Assembly (NCBI RefSeq): GCF_009914755.1
Contig: NC_060935.1
DNA from: the human T2T-CHM13v2.0 reference genome, Homo sapiens
Length of the DNA: 64,000 nucleotides
Reading direction: 5' to 3' (one strand)
In this document: positions 33,423 to 64,000 of the stretch, one piece after another
Layout: each line of letters starts with the position of its first letter
How positions within the stretch are numbered: position 1 is the stretch's first letter
The notes under the pieces: model-generated
What the model was told of the DNA's origin: nothing
Database searches by the model: none
The model's input: only the letters and a program-made list of their open reading frames with translations
Translations under genes and position numbers: made by a program

Positions 33423-33495
33423 GCCGGTCAGAAGTACTGGGGCCCCGCCAGCCCGACCCACAAGCTACCCCCAAGCTTCCCGGGGAACAAAGACG
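33423..33495 (+). CDS. EPS8L2: EPS8L2 exon 18 ([24 protein letters not shown])
   Basis: AG/GT boundaries; 73 nt. Confidence 0.92.
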
Positions 33496-33628
33496 GTGAG
33501 AGCTGCTGCTTCGAGGCGGGGGTCCCGGGCCCAGGGCCACCTGGGGGAGGAAGTGTGGGGGGGGTCCCTGGGCCGGGGGCGGGGGCAGGGGCAAGGCAGC
33601 GGCGGGCCTGAGTCGCGCGCCCCCTCAG

Positions 33629-33809
33629 AGCTCATGCAGCACATGGACGAGGTCAACGACGAGCTCATCCGGAAAATCAGCAACATCAGGGCGCAGCCAC
33701 AGAGGCACTTCCGCGTGGAGCGCAGCCAGCCCGTGAGCCAGCCGCTCACCTACGAGTCGGGTCCGGACGAGGTCCGCGCCTGGCTGGAAGCCAAGGCCTT
33801 CAGCCCGCG
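33629..33809 (+). CDS. EPS8L2: EPS8L2 exon 19 (ELMQHMDEVNDELIRKI...WLEAKAFSPR)
   Basis: AG/GT boundaries; EPS8 effector region. Confidence 0.95.
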
Positions 33810-33943
33810 GTGAGCGGGGGCGGGGGATGAGCTGGGGCCCGGGCGAGGGGTGGGAGGTGCGGCCGAAGGTGCGCAGCTGTCGGGGCGGGCGCCAGGCAGC
33901 CTCGCTCACAGCGCGGCCCTGACGCCCAACTGCCCGCCCCCAG

Positions 33944-34076
33944 GATCGTGGAGAACCTGGGCATCCTGACCGGGCCGCAGCTCTTCTCCCTCAACAAGGA
34001 GGAGCTGAAGAAAGTGTGCGGCGAGGAGGGCGTCCGCGTGTACAGCCAGCTCACCATGCAGAAGGCCTTCCTGGAG
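33944..34076 (+). CDS. EPS8L2: EPS8L2 exon 20 (SAM-like: [36 protein letters not shown]...)
   Basis: AG/GT boundaries; 133 nt. Confidence 0.95.
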
Positions 34077-34225
34077 GTGAGCCCGCCTGCGCTCCGGCGC
34101 CACGCCCCTCCTGCCCCTGCGCCCTCCTCTCCCCCGCCCGTTCCTGGGGTCGCAGAGCAAGGGGGAGGCCGGCACCCAGACACGTGGGACCCCCGGCTGA
34201 GGATGCCCCCATTTCTCCTCCCTAG

Positions 34226-34306
34226 AAGCAGCAAAGTGGGTCGGAGCTGGAAGAACTCATGAACAAGTTTCATTCCATGAATCAGAGGAGGGGGGAGGAC
34301 AGCTAG
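34226..34306 (+). CDS. EPS8L2: EPS8L2 exon 21 coding part ([26 protein letters not shown])
   Basis: TAG at 34304-34306; coding exons sum to 2148 nt = 715 aa plus stop. Confidence 0.94.
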   Translation, partial: KQQSGSELEELMNKFHSMNQRRGEDS

Positions 34307-35027
34307 GCCCAGCTGCCTTGGGCTGGGGCCTGCGGAGGGGAAGCCCACCCACAATGCATGGAGTATTATTTTTATATGTGTATGTATTTTGTATCAAGGA
34401 CACGGAGGGGGTGTGGTGCTGGCTAGAGGTCCCTGCCCCTGTCTGGAGGCACAACGCCCATCCTTAGGCCAAACAGTACCCAAGGCCTCAGCCCACACCA
34501 AGACTAATCTCAGCCAAACCTGCTGCTTGGTGGTGCCAGCCCCTTGTCCACCTTCTCTTGAGGCCACAGAACTCCCTGGGGCTGGGGCCTCTTTCTCTGG
34601 CCTCCCCTGTGCACCTGGGGGGTCCTGGCCCCTGTGATGCTCCCCCATCCCCACCCACTTCTACATCCATCCACACCCCAGGGTGAGCTGGAGCTCCAGG
34701 CTGGCCAGGCTGAACCTCGCGCACACGCAGAGTTCTGCTCCCTGAGGGGGGCCCGGGAGGGGCTCCAGCAGGAGGCCGTGGGTGCCATTCGGGGGAAAGT
34801 GGGGGAACGACACACACTTCACCTGCAAGGGCCGACAACGCAGGGGACACCGTGCCGGCTTCAGACACTCCCAGCGCCCACTCTTACAGGCCCAGGACTG
34901 GAGCTTTCTCTGGCCAAGTTTCAGGCCAATGATCCCCGCATGGTGTTGGGGGTGCTGGTGTGTCTTGGTGCCTGGACTTGAGTCTCACCCTACAGATGAG
35001 AGGTGGCTGAGGCACCAGGGCTAAGCA

Positions 35028-35033
35028 ATTAAA
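35028..35033 (+). terminator. EPS8L2: EPS8L2 polyadenylation signal ATTAAA
   Basis: The only good hexamer I saw after the stop codon; followed by a GU-rich element (gtgtgtct). Confidence 0.75.
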
Positions 35034-37539
35034 CCAGTTAAGTCTCCCAGGAGCCGTGTGTCTCAGTTCTCTGGGAGTCGGAGTGGGTCCTGGAGCCCCC
35101 GGAAACTGCACCTTTTCTAAGCAGTGCCGGGCAGAGGGCTGGCCGTCCGCCAGGCTGCTCTGCCCCTGAGCCCAGAGGGGACCCTGCCCACTTCTCTTCC
35201 TGTGGCCCTCCCAGGCCCAGCGACCAGAAGGCCCAAAGCGTGTCATCCAAGCCCGGCTTTCGCTGGGCACAACCCTAGTGGGAGCGGTGGGGACAGAGCC
35301 AGCTCGGCCAGACGGTCGGCAGGCCCCAGGAGGGCCATGAGTCAGAGGGCAAGGCTGAAACTGGATTTGGAGATCTTAGCCCAGGCTGACGGAGGCTCCC
35401 AAGAAGGGGGAGCAGGCCACACTCAGCACCCTGCGTGGGAGGGGCACCTGACCGCCAGATGGGCGGTCCACCTGAGCCGCACCCTTGGAGGGGCCTTTGG
35501 TGCCCTCTGCCGGCCGCTCCATGTGCTGCCGTGAGTGGCCGCCAGGGGTGCCCTCGCCCTGGATTGGTGGCAGGGGGCAACCCACAACCATGTGTCCCCA
35601 TAGCAGCCGTGAACCCAACCCTGGTGCGGAGCATCCGGGGACACAGTCCTGGGGTCTTGGCCTGGGCAGGGGCGACTGTGGGGCTGGGCTGGGGGGGGCG
35701 TGTCCCTTGCCTGGTCCACCACCCAGCCAGGCCTGGACACCAGGCCACAGAAGCCCTGACTCACAGCTCAGGCCACACTAGGCCAAGTCTTAACCACAGT
35801 GTCTGGTCGGGGCAGCAGGGATTGTCTGGTGCCCTCTGAGCCACGACCCGGGCTTGATGGCCACCACCACTCCTCCAGGCCCCCGGAAGAGGCCCCCCCA
35901 CCCTGTCAGATGGACCCTGCAGTGAGAGAGACAGGTCCAAGAGGAAAAGGGGAGGGATGGGGGCACCGGCCCTCCTCCCTGCAACCTGCAGCTCCCGCTG
36001 CCTGCTGAGCCACCACCTCAGGACGGGGATAGGCACCGGGGCTATATCTGCTCCAAAAGGGGCCTCTGTGGGCCCCAGGATGCCAGTCCTTGGAAGTGAG
36101 GGAGGCTGCCCACTCCCCAACCACTCCCAGCAACAGGACCCTTCCTCCACCAGGATGGTCTGGGCTTCATATGCAGCCTCCAGGCTGGGCTGCTCAGCTT
36201 CTGAGGGCCCCAGATCTACACCTGCTTCTTCAGCCTTCTCCCTGTCCACCTCCCCCAGCCCCATTTAGAGCCCCCTACCTGCTGTGCCCCACTCTGCCAC
36301 CTGCACAGCTGAGGAGGCCCAGGAAGCCAGACCCCCAGACTCCAGCCCCCAGATCCCAGCCCTAGGCCCCAAGCAGGCTCCCACCCCAGGAGCCCTGAGT
36401 CCGAGGCACCCTGGCCCCAGCTGCCTGCTCGGACCTCTGGGCTTCCAGAAATTACCTCCCGTTTCTTCCAAGGGGCTTCCTGCCACCTCCTGAGACCCCC
36501 CTCAAGAGCAGATGGGACCACCGACCTCACCGGCCTGGTGATGGGCACAGGGTCACCTGGCATCGGGTGGGCTGGCTCTCTGTGTCCTCTCTGGCCACCC
36601 GCCCCAGGGGTGAGGATTGCCCCCCTTCCTGCCCTGAGGGCATCACTCTTGGGGGCCTGTGGTGTTTTGAGTGCTGCCCGCGGCCTCCGGAGGCCCCAGT
36701 GGCAGCCCCGTGAGGCAGGCGTGGATAAGAATGACCCGTAGAGGGGCCAGGTCACCTGCTCGAGGCCCGAGTTTGGGGCAGGGGCTGGGGTTAACATGCA
36801 ATCTCTCTTAGTTCCAACGTGTCCTTAACCACTCACTCCCTCCCCGGCCTCCCTACCCACTTCCCCATCAGGCAGGTCCACAGAAAGAAGGAGGGTCTGC
36901 TGGTGCTGGCCCTGGTGGGGCCAGGGTTGCCGAGGGTCTGGCCGTGAGTGTGGGAGAGTCCACACTGGGCGAGGAGGGAGGGCGGGGCTTTGAACATCAG
37001 ACCTCAGGGTGGGTGGCCTGAGCTGCCAGTGGGGCCACCAGTAGCCACAAGCAAATATCTCCACCAACAAGGCCCGTCTGTCTCGGGACAAGCATGTCTT
37101 TGTGGCGCTTGCTCCCCTTCTGTCCTCCCCCACAGCTGGCCCTGTCCGCCCGTGCCCAGTCAGGCCCCGCAGAACCCAAGAGGGGCTTCCCATGCCATTT
37201 AGGAAGGGCTGTCTCTTTAAAAAAAAAAAAAATTACAAAACGGTTGATTTCCCAAGAGGTTGACACAGCAGCACGTACAGTAAGATGTTCCTCACACCTG
37301 CGGGGATGCCATGGTCCCAGCCCGGGGCACCCGTTACCCAGGAAGGTGGTGAGAGTGGTGCTGGGAAAATGTGTGGAGAAACACAACAGGGACCCCCACT
37401 AACCCCACAAAGCTGAACCAGCCCCAGCAGTACTAGACGTCATGAGAGGCAAAACGACCAAGTTCACAGAAGATGCCAGGATATCCATGTGACAAAGGGG
37501 AAGAAGAATTTTCTGTACAAAACTTCAAAAGCAGTGGAT

Positions 37540-41970
<4,431 letters not shown>

Positions 41971-42053
41971 TGTATAACTATTTATAGAAGTGTGCAAGCG
42001 TGAAAGCGCTGGCTCCCAGGACAGCCACGAAGCCACGGGTCGTTGACACAGCC

Positions 42054-43979
42054 GAGTGGGCGCCATTGCCGGAGCGGGAACCCGCCTGAGGGTCTTCACG
42101 GGGTCTGAGTGGGCGCCATTGCCGGAGCGGGAACCCGCCTGAGGGTCTTCACGGGGTCTGAGTGGGCGCCATTGCCGGAGCCGGAACCCGCCTGAGGGTC
42201 TTCACGGGGTCTGAGTGGGCGCCATTGCCGGAGCCGGAACCCGCCTGAGGGTCTTCACGGGGTCTGAGTGGGCGCCATTGCCGGATCCGGAACCCGCCTG
42301 AGGGTCTTCGCGGGGTCTGAGTGGGCGCCATTGCCGGATCCGGAACCCCTCCTGAGGGTCTTCACGGGGTCTGAGTGGGCGCCATTGCCGGATCCGGAAC
42401 CCCGCCTGAGGGTCGTCACGGGGTCTGAGTGGGCGCCATTGCCGGATCCGGAACCCGCCTGAGGGTCTTCGCGGGGTCTGAGTGGGCGCCATTGCCGGAT
42501 CCGGAACCCCGCCTGAGGGTCTTCACGGGGTCTGAGTGGGCGCCATTGCCGGAGCGGGAACCCGCCTGAGGGTCTTCACGGGGTCTGAGTGGGCGCCATT
42601 GCCGGAGCCGGAACCCGCCTGAGGGTCTTCGCGGGGTCTGAGTGGGCGCCATTGCCGGAGCGGGAATCCCACCTGAGGGTCTTCACGGGGTCTGAGAGGG
42701 CGCCATTGCCGGAGCCGGAACCCGCCTGAGGGTCGTCACGGGGTCTGAGTGGGCGCCATTGCCGGATCCGGAACCCCGCCTGAGGGTCTTCACGGGGTCT
42801 GAGTGGGCGCCATTGCCGGATCCGGAACCCCGCCTGAGGGTCTTCACGGGGTCTGAGTGGGCGCCATTGCCGGATCCGGAACCCGCCTGAGGGTCTTCGC
42901 GGGGTCTGAGTGGGCGCCATTGCCGGATCCGGAACCCCGCCTGAGGGTCTTCGCGGGGTCTGAGTGGGCGCCATTGCCGGATCCGGAACCCCGCCTGAGG
43001 GTCTTCACGGGGTCTGAGTGGGCGCCATTGCCGGAGCGGGAACCCGCCTGAGGGTCTTCACGGGGTCTGAGTGGGCGCCATTGCCGGAGCCGGAACCCGC
43101 CTGAGGGTCTTCGCGGGGTCTGAGTGGGCGCCATTGCCGGAGCCGGAACCCGCCTGAGGGTCTTCACGGGGTCTGAGTGGGCGCCATTGCCGGAGCGGGA
43201 ACCCGCCTGAGGGTCTTCACGGGGTCTGAGTGGGCGCCATTGCCGGAGCCGGAACCCGCCTGAGGGTCTTCGCGGGGTCTGAGTGGGCGCCATTGCCGGA
43301 GCGGGAATCCCACCTGAGGGTCTTCACGGGGTCTGAGAGGGCGCCATTGCCGGAGCCGGAACCCGCCTGAGGGTCGTCACGGGGTCTGAGTGGGCGCCAT
43401 TGCCGGATCCGGAACCCCTCCTGAGGGTCTTCACGGGGTCTGAGTGGGCGCCATTGCCGGATCCGGAACCCGCCTGAGGGTCTTCACGGGGTCTGAGTGG
43501 GCGCCATTGCCGGATCCGGAACCCCGCCTGAGGGTCTTCGCGGGGTCTGAGTGGGCGCCATTGCCGGAGCGGGAACCCGCCTGAGGGTCTTCACGGGGTC
43601 TGAGTGGGCGCCATTGCCGGATCCGGAACCCGCCTGAGGGTCTTCACGGGGTCTGAGTGGGCGCCATTGCCGGATCCGGAACCCCGCCTGAGGGTCTTCG
43701 CGGGGTCTGAGTGGGCGCCATTGCCGGATCCGGAACCCGCCTGAGGGTCTTCACGGGGTCTGAGTGGGCGCCATTGCCGGATCCGGAACCCCGCCTGAGG
43801 GTCTTCACAGCATCTTAGTGGGCGCCATTGCCGGAGCCGGAACCCGCCTGAGGGTCTTCGCGGGGTCTGAGTGGGCGCCATTGCCGGAGCGGGAATCCCG
43901 CCTGAGGGTCTTCACGGGGTCTGAGTGGGCGCCATTGCCGGAGCGGGAATCCCGCCTGAGGGTCTTCACGGGGTCTGAG
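42054..43979. repeat. CpG-rich VNTR, 36 copies of a 53/54-bp unit
   Basis: Unit gagtgggcgccattgccgga(gcgg/gccg/tccg)gaaccc(c)gcctgagggtcttc(a/g)cggggtct; copies counted by hand. Confidence 0.98.
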
Positions 43980-44132
43980 GGGAAAGCAGGGCCGGGGTGG
44001 GCGTGTGGAAGGTTTTGGGGTGTGGCTTCAGGTGAGTCTTCAGGAGGCTTCGTTAGGATTGGGCATGTTTGGGACGGAAGTGGTTCGGGACTGATGGACA
44101 TAAGAAGGGTTTGGAGTGAGTCTGGAGACTGA

Positions 44133-49908
<5,776 letters not shown>

Positions 49909-49984
49909 CCTTGGGCTCCAAAGCACTGGGAATGCAGGTGTGAGCTGCCACATTCTGTGTGTATGTGGGCCTTCTTTCACTCAC

Positions 49985-50360
49985 CACATCCCTTGGGGGC
50001 CATCCCTTTGTATAGTGGGCAATGTTCCCCTTTGTGGAGAGGCTGAATCCCTTTGTATGGTGGACAGTGCTCCACTTTGTGGAGGGGCTGCTCCCCTTTG
50101 TATAGTGGGCGGTGCTCCCTTTGTGGAGGGGCTGTTCCCTTTGTATGGTGGGTAGTGCTCCACTTTGTATGGTGGGCAGTGCTCCCTTTGGTGGGTAGTG
50201 CTCCACTTTGTATAGTGGGCAGTGATCCCTTTGTATAGTGGGTAGTGCTCTCCTTTGTGGAGGGGCTGCTCCCCTTTGTATGGTAGGCAGTGCTCCCTTT
50301 CTATGGTGGGCAGTGCTCCCTTTGTATGGTGGGTAGTGCTCCACTTTGTGGAGGGGCTGC
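49985..50360. repeat. Degenerate ~22-bp minisatellite (cagtgctccctttgtatagtggg) at the edge of an antisense L1 relic (to ~51330)
   Basis: Repeats visible; followed by L1-type gatggacatttgggttgtttccagttt. Confidence 0.85.
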
Positions 50361-50425
50361 AGTTTGGCCCATTCTCCTGCTGATGGACATTTGGGTTGTT
50401 TCCAGTTTGGACCTTTTGTCAATAA

Positions 50426-52857
<2,432 letters not shown>

Positions 52858-52954
52858 TTAAAACTTGATAAATTGAACTTAATCAAAATAAAAAGCTAAC
52901 GTTCATTAAAGACACTATTAAAATGAAAAGGGAACACATGCTGAGAGGAAGTAT

Positions 52955-54256
<1,302 letters not shown>

Positions 54257-54959
54257 GTGTCTGCAACGCAGACACAAGCGACAGAGACTTGATCAGAATA
54301 TACAAGGAACTCTGCAAGTCAGCGATGGTAAGAAGCAGGGCAGCTGGGCCTCCTACGCCTGCCTCGCCGTTCGGTCCCCCGGACACCTCTGGGCTTAGGA
54401 CTCAGGGGAACAGATTCCCAGAAGCAGGTTCCCCGCCGCGTCCGGCGCCCGGGCTCTGCAGCCGCCCCCCGCTCTGCCTCCTGCACCCGCAGGGCGTCCC
54501 CCGCCGCTCCCTCCCCTGCTTCCTGCAGCGGCCCCCGACCCCAGTCCTGGCCCCACCATGGATCCTGCATCGCCGGGTTCGGCCCTGGCGGGTTCAGCCC
54601 CGCAGAGTCGGCACCCGGGCCAGGTCCATCTCCTCCAGCCCTCCCGGTGCGTCCCGCGGGGCAGGAAGGAGGCGAGGCCCAGCCGCCCCGTGTCGTGCAG
54701 GTGTTTTCCCGGGCCCGTCCGCGGCGGCTGCTGAGGACCTGGGGAGACCCAGCCTGTAGGATCCGCAGCTGCGGTGCGCGGCCGGCAGTGGCGCTCGGGC
54801 TTCGTCCCCGGGGGCGGGGCTTCGTCCAGGCGCGCAGGGACCAGCGGGCCTCGCCCTCCCGCGCCGCTTTCCGATTGGCAGCCGCCCGCGGGGCATTGTG
54901 GGCCGTCCGCGCGCCCGTCCCGTCGCCGCCGCCGCCGCCGCAGACCCCTCGGTCTTGCT

Positions 54960-55056
54960 ATGTCGAGCTCACCCGTGAAGCGTCAGAGGATGGAGTCCGC
55001 GCTGGACCAGCTCAAGCAGTTCACCACCGTGGTGGCCGACACGGGCGACTTCCACG
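54960..55056 (+). CDS. TALDO1: Transaldolase 1 exon 1 ([32 protein letters not shown])
   Basis: Transaldolase VVADTGDF motif; donor G|gtgagg. Confidence 0.97.
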
Positions 55057-55217
55057 GTGAGGACGGCGCGGAGCCCGGGCGCGGCGCAAGCGCCCTCCAG
55101 AGGCCCCGGCGCCCCGATTTCCCCGGGTCTCCCGTTCCGGGACGCGGACCGGGTGGCGGTGCCCCGGGCGGCTCGTTCCGGGAGGAATGAGCGCAGGTGC
55201 CGGATGTTGGGGCCAGG

Positions 55218-55380
55218 GACAGCCGTGAGGGGAGCGGGGCCCGGGTCGGCCGTGAGAGGCGCAGGGCCAGCGGCGACCGTGAGGGGAACGGGGCCCGGGT
55301 CGGCCGTGAGGGAGCAGGGCCGGGGGCAGCCGTGAGGAGCTGGGGTCAGCCGTGAGGGGCTCGGTGCTGGGGTCAGCGGT
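55218..55380. repeat. ~27-bp GC-rich tandem repeat (ccgtgagggg...) x6 in TALDO1 intron 1
   Basis: ccgtgag recurs at about 55223, 55250, 55277, 55304, 55330 and 55350. Confidence 0.85.
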
Positions 55381-56601
55381 GCGGGCGGTACTGACGGGTC
55401 CTTGCGAGCCGTGGGGCACGAAGCCGGAGCCCCAGCCTCGCCCTCCGCCCAGGGTGGGGTCGGCTGCGCCCTCAGACCCCGCACCCGGGACGGGCTGTGG
55501 GCAGCCCGCGGGAGCCCCTCTGTGCACCTTCATGGGTCGAGGCAGCTTTCAGAGCCTTTGAGTTCAGGAGAGATTCAGGGTAGAGCTTCGAGCTGACTTC
55601 CACGTGGCCAGTTTGTGGTCAGCGAGATGCAATTTTGTTGGGCTGATGTCTGCAGAGCGGGGACATCAGCTAGCTCTGACCAGAAGCTGCCAGTGCTGCC
55701 ATCGCCCTTGAGCCCTGCGGTGCCCAGTGGGACAACTCCGTGGGCGGCAGGTGCCCGGCCTGCTGGACAGCCACCGCCAGACGCACCGGGTGGGTAAAAG
55801 CCGGTGCCCATGAAAGCACAGGGTTGGTACACTGTTAAATACTGGATTTTCCTGGGCTTGAGTTGTTTACATTGGAGAGAACTTGGAAAATACAAAGAAG
55901 GATTATTTTATTAATACTTAGCTCTTCTGTCCTCTGCAGTGCAGAGTAGACGAGCCTTGTGTCTATGTTTTGTTGAGAACAAGTAATATTTTTTAAGAAA
56001 ATCATGAAACGCTTCATGGATGAATGCTGCGAGCACCTAATACGGAAGTGACTTCCTCTCTTTTCTGCTTTCTCATGGTGACTTGAGAAACAGGCTTTAA
56101 TTCCTCTTTGGTAACTGAGTAAGGGCATTGTTTATCTAGCAGAGCCTAGAGAGTGAATTGGCATGTTTGGCTGCTTAACCATAAAATATGGGGATTCAGT
56201 GACTGGCTTGGGGTGCCACAGTCTGCTCCGGACCCCTCTTTGGGAGATCCAAAGCTAGAGCTGTGAATCCCTCACACACACAGCCCCCCCGTTGTAGTCC
56301 AGACCTCTCTTCATAAGAAAGAAAGCTCCAGAAAAGGGGCTACACATTTTTCTGCTGCTCAGTTTTTTCCCTTCTTAGCACTGAGAATAATTTGCAGTTT
56401 GCCTGGTGGACAGAGCGCTCATCTGTATTGTTCCTTGCTGGCCCTCACCAGTTAGGGCAGAGCTGGTGCGGAGTGTCAGGTCCATTACACTTGGCAGTGC
56501 AGGGCCAATAAAGATGGATTTTCCTAAACCCACACCCACAGGAGGGCTGGGGAGTCCTGGGTTTCTGGTTTTGTTTTGTATTGTTTTTTAAGAAAACTTC
56601 T

Positions 56602-64000
<7,399 letters not shown>

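Larger units (their letters stand above)
54350..55560 (+). promoter_or_regulatory. TALDO1: TALDO1 CpG-island promoter: GC box 54810-54820, inverted CCAAT (ATTGG) 54874-54878, short (GCC)n in the 5' UTR
   Basis: CpG density and motifs read directly. Confidence 0.88.

Noticed and set aside
35050-37500. Possible unannotated gene in unique GC-rich DNA downstream of EPS8L2
   Set aside because: No CpG-island promoter, coherent exon chain or recognisable protein; a lncRNA or enhancer cannot be excluded from sequence alone.
42054-43979. CRISPR-like array or repetitive protein gene (MAPTQTP... ORFs)
   Set aside because: Units are contiguous with no unique spacers, there are no cas genes, and the context is primate DNA. 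The 53-bp period shifts frame each unit, so the ORFs are by-products.

Overview
This is GC-rich, Alu-dense primate genomic DNA, and the encoded proteins match my recollection of the human 11p15.5 locus DEAF1-TMEM80-EPS8L2-TALDO1. Contents in order: (1) DEAF1 coding exon 1 on the minus strand (ATG 1914, GC-type donor), head-to-head with TMEM80 across a CpG island; (2) complete TMEM80 (5 coding exons, 143 aa from ATG 2695, longer from upstream in-frame ATGs); (3) complete EPS8L2 (non-coding exon 1 plus 20 coding exons, 715 aa, PTB/SH3/SAM-like); (4) a ~20 kb intergenic stretch of Alus, LTRs (MLT1, MER21, MER41, LTR8-like), L1 relics, MER30 and a 36-copy 53/54-bp CpG-rich VNTR; (5) TALDO1 exons 1-2. 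I traced every exon boundary by eye and the reading frames join. I find no support for a new protein-coding system; almost all long ORFs in the track are CpG-island, Alu or VNTR artefacts. The best leads are regulatory or structural: a strand-biased, ~10-bp-phased TTCGG/CTCGG array over the DEAF1/TMEM80 promoter; an ARE inside an LTR and tandem GAS motifs inside MER41, both upstream of TALDO1; a recursive-splice-type junction at EPS8L2 exon 15; an antisense splice donor that could nest TMEM80 inside a DEAF1 intron; a perfect Alu-Alu tandem duplication; and a local inverted Alu duplication. Repeat family names are recalled from consensus sequences, not from a search, and repeat coordinates are approximate.
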